Below are positions 19,529-29,368 of a DNA stretch of 49,769 bases, piece after piece. Source of the stretch: a virus. Lineage: Duplodnaviria; Heunggongvirae; Uroviricota; Caudoviricetes. The translations under genes and the position numbers were made by a program. Each line of letters opens with the position of its first letter. The first letter of the stretch is position 1. The notes under the pieces were generated by a model that saw only the letters and a list, made by a program, of their open reading frames with translations, had not been told where the DNA came from and did not search any database. The stretch lies in IMG/VR virus record IMGVR_UViG_638341086_000008, one strand, 5' to 3'.

Positions 19529-19705
19529 ATGATGAATATTGAAGACTTAAAAACAAAAGCAGAAGCAGATATTTCTGAATATATAACAAAAAAAATTATT
19601 GAACTTAAGAAAAAGACCGGGAAAGAAGTTACCAGTATTCAGTTTACCGCACGGGAAAAAATGACGGGTCTTGAAAGCTATGATGTCAAGATTAATTTAA
19701 TCTGA
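19529..19705 (+). CDS. gnsB: GnsA/GnsB-family small protein (58 aa)
   Basis: Manual translation MMNIEDLKTKAEADISEYITKKIIELKKKTGKEVTSIQFTAREKMTGLESYDVKINLI; AAGAGGAAA ribosome-binding site just upstream; under the ORF-track cut-off. Confidence 0.7.
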   Translation: MMNIEDLKTKAEADISEYITKKIIELKKKTGKEVTSIQFTAREKMTGLESYDVKINLI

Positions 19706-19856
19706 TGTATTCAATAATAAAATTTATCCATAAACCTCGTTTTTACGGGGTTTTGTTATATTTGAATGGTTCCGAATATCTAAATCACAATTGTTGATGG
19801 TTTTTATTAAACCAATGCAGTCCGGCTCAGGAGTGAGAGAAGCCGGACGTTATGGT

Positions 19857-20288
19857 TTAGCGTGGTAAGATCTGTGTAGTTTTCTGGATGCTTTCAGTAA
19901 TTTTCTGGATGCTTTCAGTAAATAGTAATGAGTTATCAAAGGCATAGTAATATCTTTGGTGTTCCTGGATATTTGTAACCCATCGGAAAACTCCTGCTTT
20001 AGCAAGATTTTCCCTGTATTGTTGAAATGTGATTTCTTTTGATTTCAACTTATTATAGGAGGTCTCTATAAGATGTTTGTTTCTGGAGAATTTAACATTT
20101 ACAACCTTTTTGAGTCCTTTTACTAACACTATGTTGTCGTTTTCTAACACAATGTGAATATTATCTGTGGCTAAATAGTAAATATAAAGTGAGACATTGT
20201 GACGTTTTAGCTCAGAATAAAATAATTCACAGTTTAAATCTTTACGCACTTGATCGAATATTTCTTTAAAAATGGCAGCCTGAGCCAT
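19857..20288 (-). CDS. ydfO: YdfO-like (DUF1398) prophage protein with a 7-aa C-terminal tandem duplication
   Basis: [34 protein letters not shown]...; start set at the second Met; C-terminus shows [14 protein letters not shown] from the 21-bp tandem repeat at 19880..19921. Confidence 0.65.
   Translation of the reverse strand: MAQAAIFKEIFDQVRKDLNCELFYSELKRHNVSLYIYYLATDNIHIVLENDNIVLVKGLKKVVNVKFSRNKHLIETSYNKLKSKEITFQQYRENLAKAGVFRWVTNIQEHQRYYYAFDNSLLFTESIQKITESIQKTTQILPR
19880..19921. repeat. 21-bp near-perfect tandem duplication (TTTCTGGATGCTTTCAGTAAT x2) inside the 3' end of ydfO
   Basis: Direct inspection: two adjacent copies differing at one base. Confidence 0.8.
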
Positions 20289-20588
20289 TGGTAAACCTTC
20301 CATGTGATACGATGGCGCGTAGTTAGCATTATCGTGTTTATTGTTTCAATCTGGTCTGACCTCTTTGTGTTTTGTTGATGATTTATGTCAAATATTAAGC
20401 CTGTTTTTAATGAATAGTGTTGATTGCGTAACAAAATTGAGCCTTGCTGGCATCCAGGAGGGATATGCAACCGACAGATGTATGTAAGGTCGATGTACTC
20501 AAACTTTCATACTTTTCCTCTTTTATGCAGTAAGATTTGAAGTAATATTTTAACCGCTAGATGACGAGCAAACGCATGGAGCGACAAA

Positions 20589-20795
20589 ATGAATAAAGAA
20601 CAATCTGCTGATGAACTCTCGTTGGATCTGATTCGTGTAAAAAATATGCTTAATAGCACCATTTCTATGAGTTACCCGGATGTTGTAATTGCATGTATAG
20701 AACATCAGGTGTCTCTGGAAGCATTCAGGGCAATTGAGGCAGCGTTGGTGAAGCACGATAAGAATTCGAAGGATTATTCCCTGGTGGTTGACTGA
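20589..20795 (+). CDS. Small prophage protein (68 aa; ynfO-position ORF)
   Basis: [71 protein letters not shown]; assigned by position between ydfO and the terminase genes. Confidence 0.45.
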   Translation: MNKEQSADELSLDLIRVKNMLNSTISMSYPDVVIACIEHQVSLEAFRAIEAALVKHDKNSKDYSLVVD

Positions 20796-21109
20796 GCACC
20801 ATAACTGCTAATCATTCAAACTATTTCACCTGTGACAGAGTCAATATCGCATTCTGTCACTGTCAGGCTAATACAGAGCTGCAATTCAACTACTGCAATG
20901 TCCTCGTAATTAGGTGAATTTACAATATCGTCCTGTTCGGATGCCGGTTGCATTGCTGAAGATGAGGCATTTATGGTTCGCATATTTTCCCCTCATGCTC
21001 GTCAGTCCTGTGCGTAGGAAGAAACAGGACACTCACACTAATTTGTGTGGGCATGCTGTGATGTCCTTCTGAATTATTCCTATGCCATTATGTAAAGCGC
21101 TGTATCAGA

Positions 21110-21260
21110 TGCTCATCACGGCTGTCAGGCTGTCAGGCTGTCGGGTCCTCCCGGTGGGGGCCCCTGCCACGGGGCGGGAGCGTCGCGGAAAAAGGCTAGT
21201 TTTTGCATTTCCATGGCGGCGGCAGCATGTTTGGTAATTTATTGATAATTAAAAGTTATT
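21110..21260 (+). other. Candidate cos / packaging-initiation region upstream of the terminase small-subunit gene
   Basis: GC-rich block (GGCTGTCAGGCTGTCAGGCTGTCGGG tandem repeats, CCCGGTGGGGGCCCCTGCCACGGGGCGGGAGCGTCGCGG, CCATGGCGGCGGCAGC) followed by an AT-rich tract, in the position cosQ-cosN-cosB occupies in lambda. Confidence 0.35.
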
Positions 21261-21367
21261 TCTCTTTTTACCTGTACAATATTTTTTTCTCCCTGTCATT
21301 AGACCAGTTTGCAATTAATTGAAATATATAAATAAACATGATTTTCACCTGCCAGATGGAGTTGCTT

Positions 21368-21895
21368 ATGTCAAATGTGAGCGGGATCGGTGATGCTTAT
21401 TACTGGAGTGTTTTTAAAATCGCTGAGGCCTTTGGGCTTCACCGGGACACAGTAAAAAAACGGCTCCTCGCGGCCAACACTCCTGTGGCTGCGACTATCA
21501 GGGGGAACCCCGTTTACGCCCTGCAGCATGTCGGGCCAGCCCTGTTTAGTGTGAAGCATGAGGCAGCAGACTCTGTTCATGATCCATCCCGTATGGAGCC
21601 GAAAGAGAGAAAGGACTGGTACCAATCTGAAAATGAAAGGATCAAGCTGGAAAAGGAGCAGCGAAAACTCATCCCCGTTGATGAAGTAGTCATCGTCTAT
21701 TCGTCCATGAGAAAGGCTGTCGTCCAGGTTCTGGAGACAATTCCGGATGTTCTTGAACGCGATTGCGCCCTGACTCCTCAGGCCGTCGGCGTTGTGCAGC
21801 AGGCCATTGATGACCTGCGATACACTCTTCAGGAAAAATCCTACGAGGCTTGTGCTGCTGAATTAATTCCTGATGAGGAAGGAGAGAGTCTCTAG
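21368..21895 (+). CDS. Terminase small subunit (Nu1-like)
   Basis: First gene of the morphogenesis cluster, directly upstream of the terminase large subunit; start chosen at the ATG with GGAG 8 nt upstream (the ORF could start at 21338). Confidence 0.65.
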   Translation: MSNVSGIGDAYYWSVFKIAEAFGLHRDTVKKRLLAANTPVAATIRGNPVYALQHVGPALFSVKHEAADSVHDPSRMEPKERKDWYQSENERIKLEKEQRKLIPVDEVVIVYSSMRKAVVQVLETIPDVLERDCALTPQAVGVVQQAIDDLRYTLQEKSYEACAAELIPDEEGESL

Positions 21896-21903
21896 GAGGA
21901 ATA

Positions 21904-24003
21904 ATGGGTTTTTCATCAGCCCGAAATTTGGGAAGGGACATATCGGCAGGATTTTCCCCACCACGTCGCATGCCGATTTCGGAGGCTGTTAAAAAATTCA
22001 TGCGTGTTCCCAAGGGGGCTGGTAACTCGGTGCCATGGGATCCTGAACTGACACCCTACATCATTGAGCCCATGAACTGCCTGGCATCGCGTGAATACGA
22101 TGCGGTGATTTTTGTTGGTCCTGCGCGAACAGGGAAGACCATTGGTCTGATCGATGGATGGATTGTCTATACCATCGTTTGCGATCCTTCGGACATGCTC
22201 GTTGTGCAGATGACCGAAGATAAGGCCCGCGAGCATTCTAAAAAGCGCCTCGACAGAACGTTCAGAAGCAGTGCGGCGGTAAAGAAAAGAATGAGTCCAC
22301 GTCGTAACGACAATAATGTCCATGATAAGACGTTCAGGGATGGCTCGTTCCTTAAAATTGGTTGGCCCTCGGTCAACATTATGTCGTCGTCGGATTACCG
22401 GTTTGTCGCCTTAACCGATTACGACCGTTTTCCGGAGAATATCGACAGCGAGGGTGATGGTTTCTCCCTGGCCTCAAAACGTACCACCACATTTATGTCC
22501 GCCGGGATGACTCTGGTGGAGAGCTCGCCGGGACGTGACATCTGCGACAGCAAATGGCGACGTAAGTCGCCTCATGAAGCGCCACCGACGACTGGTATTC
22601 TTTCCCTTTACAATCGTGGTGACCGCCGCCGCTGGTACTGGTCATGTCCGCACTGCGGTGAATATTTTCAGCCAGCCATGGATGCCATGACCGGCTACCG
22701 TAATGAACCGGATCCCTTTAAAGCCAGTGAGGCGGCGTATCTACTTTGCCCGCACTGCAGCGGCATTATCACTGCGGAGAAAAAGCGTGAGCTCAATAGT
22801 GCAGGAGTCTGGTTGCGTGAAGGTCAGGTCATTGATCGTAACGGCAACGTTTCCGGTGAACCGCGCCGCTCCCGTATCGCCAGTTTCTGGATGGAAGGGC
22901 CAGCTGCTGCGTATCAGACCTGGGCGCAACTGGTTTACAAATTACTGACTGCAGAACAGGAGTATGAAGCGACAGGAAGCGAAGAAACACTCAGGGCGGT
23001 TATCAACACCGACTGGGGATTGCCTTATCTTCCTCGTGCCAGCATGGAGCAACGAAAAAGTGAACTGCTTGAGCAGCGGGCAGAGCCAGTTCCTTCCCGC
23101 AGTGTGCCGGATGGCGTTAATTTCCTTGTGGCGACAGTGGATGTGCAGGCGGGACGTCATCGCCGTTTTGTGGTTCAGGTAACGGGCTATGGCAGTCGTG
23201 GCGAACGCTGGATTATTGATCGTTACAACATCACGCAGTCATTGCGCAGTGACTGCGACGGGGAGAGCCAGCGAATTGATCCGGCCAGCTATCCGGAAGA
23301 CTGGGATGTCCTGCTGACGGATGTTTTTCATAAAAGCTGGCCGCTGGCCTCCGATCCTTCTCAACAAATGCGACTGATGGCAATGGCGGTGGACTCCGGC
23401 GGTGAAGACGGGGTCACTGATAATGCCTATAAATTCTGGCGTCGTTGCCGTCGTGATGGCCTTGGTAAACGTATTTACCTGTTTAAGGGTGACAGCATCC
23501 GGCGCGCAAAACTGATCAGCCGTACATTCCCTGATAACACCGGACGAACGGGCCGCCGGGCGCAGGCCGCAGGTGATGTGCCGCTCTGGCTTCTTCAGAC
23601 GGATGCCCTGAAAGACCGGGTGAATAACGCGTTATGGCGTGACTCGCCAGGTCCAGGCTATGTGCATTTCCCTGACTGGCTGGGGAGCTGGTTTTACGAC
23701 GAACTGACGTATGAAGAGCGGAGCAGTGACGGGAAATGGAGTAAGCCGGGTCGCGGTGCCAACGAAGCTTTTGACCTGATGGTGTATGCCGAGGCTCTGG
23801 TCATTCTGCATGGATACGAAAAGATCCGCTGGCCGGATGCACCGGAATGGGCGAGCCGGGAGACCTGGCTGGAGTGTGTCCAGGACAGTACCGAACCGTC
23901 ATCCTCACCGGAACCGGTATCCACGCCTGTTAAAAAACAAAAACGGAAGAAAACAGTAACTGACGATGTTAACCCCTGGCTGACTTCCGGAGGATGGTTA
24001 TGA
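21904..24003 (+). CDS. Terminase large subunit (gpA-like)
   Basis: 699 aa with a Walker-A-like P-loop (GPARTGKT) and a C-terminal nuclease region; AGGAGG ribosome-binding site; canonical position. Confidence 0.85.
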   Translation: MGFSSARNLGRDISAGFSPPRRMPISEAVKKFMRVPKGAGNSVPWDPELTPYIIEPMNCLASREYDAVIFVGPARTGKTIGLIDGWIVYTIVCDPSDMLVVQMTEDKAREHSKKRLDRTFRSSAAVKKRMSPRRNDNNVHDKTFRDGSFLKIGWPSVNIMSSSDYRFVALTDYDRFPENIDSEGDGFSLASKRTTTFMSAGMTLVESSPGRDICDSKWRRKSPHEAPPTTGILSLYNRGDRRRWYWSCPHCGEYFQPAMDAMTGYRNEPDPFKASEAAYLLCPHCSGIITAEKKRELNSAGVWLREGQVIDRNGNVSGEPRRSRIASFWMEGPAAAYQTWAQLVYKLLTAEQEYEATGSEETLRAVINTDWGLPYLPRASMEQRKSELLEQRAEPVPSRSVPDGVNFLVATVDVQAGRHRRFVVQVTGYGSRGERWIIDRYNITQSLRSDCDGESQRIDPASYPEDWDVLLTDVFHKSWPLASDPSQQMRLMAMAVDSGGEDGVTDNAYKFWRRCRRDGLGKRIYLFKGDSIRRAKLISRTFPDNTGRTGRRAQAAGDVPLWLLQTDALKDRVNNALWRDSPGPGYVHFPDWLGSWFYDELTYEERSSDGKWSKPGRGANEAFDLMVYAEALVILHGYEKIRWPDAPEWASRETWLECVQDSTEPSSSPEPVSTPVKKQKRKKTVTDDVNPWLTSGGWL

Positions 24004-24212
24004 ACCAGAATGATATCGAAGCCATGATTCAGCGTTATACGGAAGCTGAAATGGCGGTGCTGGACGGAAAATCCGTCACCTTTAATGGTCAGCAGATGAC
24101 CATGGAAAACTTATCTGAGATCCGGCAGGGACGGCAGGAGTGGGAGCGCCGCCTTGCGGCTCTGATTACACGACGACGGGGGCATCCCGGGTACCGGCTG
24201 GCGAGGTTCTGA
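24000..24212 (+). CDS. Head-tail joining protein (gpW-like)
   Basis: ~70-aa ORF between terminase and portal; GGAGG 8 nt upstream; stop overlaps the portal start (TGATG). Confidence 0.6.
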   Translation: MNQNDIEAMIQRYTEAEMAVLDGKSVTFNGQQMTMENLSEIRQGRQEWERRLAALITRRRGHPGYRLARF

Positions 24213-25720
24213 TGGCAATTCTTGATGATGTGATTGGCGTTTTTTCACCAGGATGGAAAGCAGCAAGGCTGCGTTCCCGTGCGGTGATCCAGGCTTATGA
24301 GGCCGTAAAAACGACGCGGACACACAAAGCCCGACGGGAGAACCGAACTGCCGACCAGTTAAGCCAGTACGGGGCCGTGTCGTTACGTGAGCAGGCCCGT
24401 TACCTTGATAACAACCACGATCTGGTTATTGGTGTATTTGACAAGCTGGAAGAACGGGTGGTGGGGAAAAACGGGATTATTGTCGAGCCACATCCGGTAT
24501 TACGCAATGGGGCCATTGCCCGTGACCTGGCTGCGGAGATTCGCACCCGATGGAGTGAATGGTCTGTCAGCCCGGAAGTCACCGGGCAGTTTACCCGTCC
24601 GATGCTGGAACGTCTGATGCTTCGTACCTGGCTGCGCGATGGTGAGGTGTTTGCCCAGATGGTTTCCGGGCGCATAAACAGCCTGGCGCCTTCTGCCGGT
24701 GTTCATTTCTGGCTGGAGGCGCTCGAGCCGGACTTTATTCCCATGACCAGTGATGAGAGCAACAGGCTGAATCAGGGCGTGTTTGTTGATGACTGGGGGC
24801 GTCCCGAAAAATATCTGGTGTATAAAAGCCGTCCCGTATCCGGACGGCAGATGGAAACCAAAGAAGTGGATGCAGAGCGAATGCTGCATCTTAAATTTGT
24901 TCGCCGTCTGCACCAGATGCGCGGGACGTCTTTGTTGTCCGGTGTGCTGATCCGCCTCAGTGCCCTGAAAGAATATGAAGATTCTGAGCTGACTGCAGCA
25001 AGGATCGCCGCTGCTCTGGGGATGTACATCCGGAAAGGCGACGGGCAGAGCTATGAACCGGATGGTAATGGCAGAAAGGAGAATGAACGTGAGCTTACCA
25101 TTCAGCCGGGCATTATTTACGACGATCTGAAACCCGGCGAAGAAATCGGAATGGTGAAGTCGGATCGCCCCAATCCTAACCTTGAAACTTTTCGTAATGG
25201 TCAGTTGCGTGCCGTGGCGGCGGGCAGTCGTCTGAGTTTTTCCAGTACAGCGCGCAACTATAACGGCACTTACAGCGCCCAGCGTCAGGAGCTGGTTGAA
25301 TCCACTGATGGCTACCTGATCCTGCAGGACTGGTTTATTGGTGCCGTCACCCGCCCGATGTATCGTGCATGGCTGAAACAGGCTGTGGCATCCGGTGTTA
25401 TCAGGCTACCCCGCGATCTTGACCGTTCTTCACTGTATACCGCGGTGTATTCCGGACCAGTGATGCCGTGGATTGACCCTGTTAAGGAGGCTGAGGCCTG
25501 GAAAATCCAGATTCGTGGTGGAGCGGCGACAGAATCAGACTGGGTACGTGCTGGTGGTCGTAATCCGGATGATGTCAAACGTCGGCGCAAGGCCGAAATT
25601 GATGAAAACCGCAAGCTGGATCTGGTATTTGATACCGATCCGGCCAGTGATAAAGGAGGCAGTAGTGCCGCAACGAAACGACAGGAGCCGCAGCACACCG
25701 ACGACCAGTCCGAAGAATAA
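24212..25720 (+). CDS. Portal protein (gpB-like)
   Basis: ~500 aa in the canonical position after terminase/gpW; start taken at MAILDDVIG, overlapping the gpW stop. Confidence 0.8.
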   Translation: MAILDDVIGVFSPGWKAARLRSRAVIQAYEAVKTTRTHKARRENRTADQLSQYGAVSLREQARYLDNNHDLVIGVFDKLEERVVGKNGIIVEPHPVLRNGAIARDLAAEIRTRWSEWSVSPEVTGQFTRPMLERLMLRTWLRDGEVFAQMVSGRINSLAPSAGVHFWLEALEPDFIPMTSDESNRLNQGVFVDDWGRPEKYLVYKSRPVSGRQMETKEVDAERMLHLKFVRRLHQMRGTSLLSGVLIRLSALKEYEDSELTAARIAAALGMYIRKGDGQSYEPDGNGRKENERELTIQPGIIYDDLKPGEEIGMVKSDRPNPNLETFRNGQLRAVAAGSRLSFSSTARNYNGTYSAQRQELVESTDGYLILQDWFIGAVTRPMYRAWLKQAVASGVIRLPRDLDRSSLYTAVYSGPVMPWIDPVKEAEAWKIQIRGGAATESDWVRAGGRNPDDVKRRRKAEIDENRKLDLVFDTDPASDKGGSSAATKRQEPQHTDDQSEE

Positions 25721-25733
25721 TTCCTGGTTCAGG

Positions 25734-27692
25734 ATGCAGGCTGGTCACCAGAGTGACGCGGATATTTATATTTATGACGAGATTGGTTTCTGGGGTGTTA
25801 CAGCGAAGCAGTTTATCAGTGATCTGAATGCACTGGGCGATATCACCCACATTAATCTCCATATTAATTCACCGGGTGGCGATGTCTTTGAAGGCATCGC
25901 CATTTTTAATGCGCTGAAAACACATGGTGCGTCCATTACCGTTTATGTCGACGGTGTGGCGGCGTCAATGGCGTCGGTCATTGCGATGGTAGGAAACCCG
26001 GTCATTATGCCGGAAAACACCTTCATGATGATTCATAAACCATTTGGCTTTACGGGCGGTGATGCGGAGGACATGCGCACCTATGCCGACCTGCTCGATA
26101 AAGTTGAGGCGGTTCTGTTACCCGCTTATGCACAGAAAACCGGGAAAACCACCGATGAAATTGCTGCCATGCTGGCGGATGAGACCTGGATGTCCGGTGC
26201 CGAATGTCTGGCACAGGGATTTGCTGATCAGGTGACACCAGCCGTTAAGGCAATGGCATGTATTCAGTCAAAACGTACAGAGGAATTTAAAAAGATGCCG
26301 GAATCCATTCGAAATATGATTACTCCGCCACGCAACAGTGCTCCACGCGTACAGGATGATGGACCTGCAGCCTCCCGGACGCCAGTGCAGGCAGCAGCAC
26401 CCGTGGTGGATGAAAACAGCATCCGTGCGCAGGTCTTGGCAGAGCAAAAAGCGCGTGTAAACGGTATTAATGATCTGTTTGCCATGTTTGGCGGGCGTTA
26501 TCAGTCGTTGCAGACTCAGTGTCTTGCCGATCCTGAATGTTCGCTGGAGCAGGCCCGCGAAAAGCTGTTGAACGAGATGGGGCGCGAGTCCACGCCATCC
26601 AATAAAAATACCCCGGCTCATATTTATGCCGGTAACGGTAATTTTGTGGGGGACGGGATCCGCCAGGCGCTGATGGCGCGCGCCGGGTTTGAAAAAACTG
26701 AACGTGATAATGTCTACAACGGGATGACCCTGCGTGAATATGCCCGTATGTCACTGACTGAACGTGGTATTGGTGTTTCCAGTTATAACCCGATGCAGAT
26801 GGTCGGTGCGGCGTTCACACACAGTACGTCTGACTTCGGTAATATTCTGCTGGATGTTGCGAACAAAGCCATTCTGCAGGGCTGGGAAGATGCCCCTGAA
26901 ACCTATGAACAGTGGACGCGGAAAGGTCAGTTGTCTGATTTTAAAATTGCCCATCGTGTGGGTATGGGGGGCTTCAGTGCTCTGCGTCAGGTGCGTGAAG
27001 GGGCAGAATATAAATACGTCACCACCGGAGATAAACAGGCCACTATTGCACTGGCGACCTATGGCGAGCTGTTCAGTATCACCCGTCAGGCCATTATCAA
27101 TGATGATCTGAATATGCTGACCGATGTCCCGATGAAGCTGGGCCGTGCGGCGAAATCCACTATTGCCGATCTGATTTATGCCATTCTGACGTCTAACCCG
27201 AAAATCTCCACAGATAATGTAAGTCTGTTCGATAAAGCGAAACATGCAAACGTACTGGAGAGCGCGGCAATGGACGTGGCATCGCTGGATAAAGCCCGCC
27301 AGTTGATGCGCGTTCAGAAAGAGGGTGAGCGTCATCTGAATATTCGTCCTGCGTTCGTACTGGTACCGACGGCGATGGAGTCTGTTGCTAACCAGGTCAT
27401 TCGCTCCTCAAGTGTCAAGGGGGCTGACATTAACGCCGGTATTATTAACCCGGTGAAAGATTTTGCGACCGTTATTGCAGAGCCTCGTCTTGATGATAAC
27501 AGCCAGACCACCTTCTACCTGGCTGCGTCCAAAGGCTCCGATACGATTGAAGTGGCTTATCTCAACGGTGTGGATACGCCATATATTGATCAGATGGAGG
27601 GCTTCAGTGTGGATGGCGTGACAACGAAAGTGCGTATTGACGCTGGTGTTGCGCCAGTTGATCACCGCGGCCTGGTGAAATGTACGGCGTAA
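25734..27692 (+). CDS. Fused head-maturation protease (ClpP-like serine protease) and major capsid protein
   Basis: N-terminal ClpP-like domain (..INSPGGDVFEGIAIFNAL..HGASITVYVDGVAASMASVIAM..) followed by a long capsid-like C-terminal region in one ORF; start set at the first ATG after the portal stop. Confidence 0.7.
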   Translation: MQAGHQSDADIYIYDEIGFWGVTAKQFISDLNALGDITHINLHINSPGGDVFEGIAIFNALKTHGASITVYVDGVAASMASVIAMVGNPVIMPENTFMMIHKPFGFTGGDAEDMRTYADLLDKVEAVLLPAYAQKTGKTTDEIAAMLADETWMSGAECLAQGFADQVTPAVKAMACIQSKRTEEFKKMPESIRNMITPPRNSAPRVQDDGPAASRTPVQAAAPVVDENSIRAQVLAEQKARVNGINDLFAMFGGRYQSLQTQCLADPECSLEQAREKLLNEMGRESTPSNKNTPAHIYAGNGNFVGDGIRQALMARAGFEKTERDNVYNGMTLREYARMSLTERGIGVSSYNPMQMVGAAFTHSTSDFGNILLDVANKAILQGWEDAPETYEQWTRKGQLSDFKIAHRVGMGGFSALRQVREGAEYKYVTTGDKQATIALATYGELFSITRQAIINDDLNMLTDVPMKLGRAAKSTIADLIYAILTSNPKISTDNVSLFDKAKHANVLESAAMDVASLDKARQLMRVQKEGERHLNIRPAFVLVPTAMESVANQVIRSSSVKGADINAGIINPVKDFATVIAEPRLDDNSQTTFYLAASKGSDTIEVAYLNGVDTPYIDQMEGFSVDGVTTKVRIDAGVAPVDHRGLVKCTA

Positions 27693-27778
27693 ACGTCGCA
27701 GACAACAACTCTGATGGCCCGTAAGGGCTTTTTTTGTACCTGAAATCAGCCCCTGAACGGGGCTGTGCGGAGACAGTT

Positions 27779-28102
27779 ATGGCAAAGAATTTTGTAGAAG
27801 AAGGAAAAACGGTGGCGATTGTTGCAAGTGCAGCCATCAGCAGCGGAGATCTGGTGCAGGTGGGTGATGTTTTTGCGGTGGCGCTGACCGATATTCCACA
27901 GGGAGAAACAGGCGACGGCATAACCGAAGGTGTGTTTATGCTGCCTAAGCTGAAAACGGATGACATGAAAACGGGTAAGAAGGTTTATCTGAAGTCAGGA
28001 AAAGTTCAGCTGACTAACAGCGGCTCTGATCCGCTGGTCGGGGTTGTCTGGGCAGATGCCGGAACCAGTGCAGAAGAAGTGCCGGTAAAACTCAATGTCT
28101 GA
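27779..28102 (+). CDS. Small head-associated structural protein (decoration / DUF2190-like)
   Basis: ~108 aa directly after the capsid gene; GGAG ribosome-binding site; assignment by position and size. Confidence 0.4.
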   Translation: MAKNFVEEGKTVAIVASAAISSGDLVQVGDVFAVALTDIPQGETGDGITEGVFMLPKLKTDDMKTGKKVYLKSGKVQLTNSGSDPLVGVVWADAGTSAEEVPVKLNV

Positions 28103-28370
28103 TCCCTTTTCCCGGCTGGCAGCGCGTATGGATGCGATCACGGTCAGAAAGATGGGAAAGACAGCCTCGATTAATGATGTCGATATGACTGTGATCCCGG
28201 GAGAAACACTGGCAGAGCTGAATGCTCTGTCCGGACCTGCGGTCTCTCTGGTGGTGTTTTCTTCGGGATACCGCCCACGGCGCGGGGATCGCGTTGTTTA
28301 TGACGGACAACAATGGACGGTCACACGGCATGAACGTTTTAACGGTAAGCCAATGATCTTTATTGAGTAA
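28095..28370 (+). CDS. Head completion / head-tail connector protein (FII-like)
   Basis: 91-aa ORF overlapping neighbours in the head-tail joining segment of the cluster. Confidence 0.4.
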   Translation: MSDPFSRLAARMDAITVRKMGKTASINDVDMTVIPGETLAELNALSGPAVSLVVFSSGYRPRRGDRVVYDGQQWTVTRHERFNGKPMIFIE

Positions 28371-28381
28371 TGAGGTGTGGG

Positions 28382-28960
28382 ATGAAGGGGCTTGAGAATG
28401 CCATCCGCAATCTGAACAGCCTTGATACCCGTATGGTGCCACAGGCCAGCGCATGGGCGATAAACCGTGTGGCACAGAAAGCGGTCTCGGTTGCCACCCG
28501 GCAGGTTGCCGGGAATACCGTTGCGGGAGATAACCAGGTGAAAGGGATCCCCCTGAAACTGGTACGTCAGCGTGTCCGGGTGTTTAAAGCCAGTCCGTCA
28601 GGAAAAATGACGGCCAGGATCCGCGTTAACCGGGGCAATCTGCCCGCCATTAAGCTGGGGACAGCCCGGGTCAGACTGGCCCGGCGTGGTGGAAAACTGC
28701 AGTACCGTGGCAGTGTGCTGAAGGTGGGTAAATATCTTTTCCGGGATGCGTTTATTCAGCAACTGGCGAATGGTCGCTGGCATGTGATGCGACGTATTGA
28801 TGGCAAAAATCGTTACCCCATTGATGTGGTGAAAATCCCGCTGTCCGGACCGCTGACACAGGCATTTGAAGATGCCCGCGACCACATCATTGCTGCGGAA
28901 ATGCCGAAACAGCTGGGGTATGCACTGAAACAACAACTGAGGTTATGGCTGACCCGATGA
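28382..28960 (+). CDS. Tail completion / head-tail adaptor protein (gpZ / HK97 gp10-like)
   Basis: ~190 aa between the connector and gpU; GAGGTG ribosome-binding site. Confidence 0.45.
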   Translation: MKGLENAIRNLNSLDTRMVPQASAWAINRVAQKAVSVATRQVAGNTVAGDNQVKGIPLKLVRQRVRVFKASPSGKMTARIRVNRGNLPAIKLGTARVRLARRGGKLQYRGSVLKVGKYLFRDAFIQQLANGRWHVMRRIDGKNRYPIDVVKIPLSGPLTQAFEDARDHIIAAEMPKQLGYALKQQLRLWLTR

Positions 28961-29358
28961 ACCGACATACACAAATCCGCCAGGTCGTACTGGCACGCCT
29001 TCGGGAACAGTGTGGAGACAGCGCCACGTTTTTTGACGGGCTTCCGGCATTTGTTGATGCGCAGGAACTGCCTGCCGTGGCGGTGTGGCTGAGTGATGCT
29101 CAGTACACCGGAAAAATGACGGATGAAGATGACTGGCAGGCTGTTCTGCATATTGCTGTCTTCATCCGGGCACAGGCACCGGATTCAGAGCTGGATATGT
29201 GGATGGAGAGCACCATTTTCCCGGCCCTGAATGATGTACCAGCACTTTCCGGACTCATCGACACCCTGATCCCACTCGGTTTTAACTATCAACGTGATAA
29301 TGAGATGGCCACCTGGGCGATGGCGGAAATCACGTACCAGATCACGTACACGAATTAA
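28945..29358 (+). CDS. Minor tail protein U (tail terminator)
   Basis: ~135 aa with ..ATFFDG..PAVAVWL..AQYTG...DDWQAVLHI..F..AQAPDSELDMWMES motifs resembling lambda gpU as I recall it; directly precedes the major tail gene. Confidence 0.7.
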   Translation: MADPMNRHTQIRQVVLARLREQCGDSATFFDGLPAFVDAQELPAVAVWLSDAQYTGKMTDEDDWQAVLHIAVFIRAQAPDSELDMWMESTIFPALNDVPALSGLIDTLIPLGFNYQRDNEMATWAMAEITYQITYTN

Positions 29359-29368
29359 GGAGGTGGTA

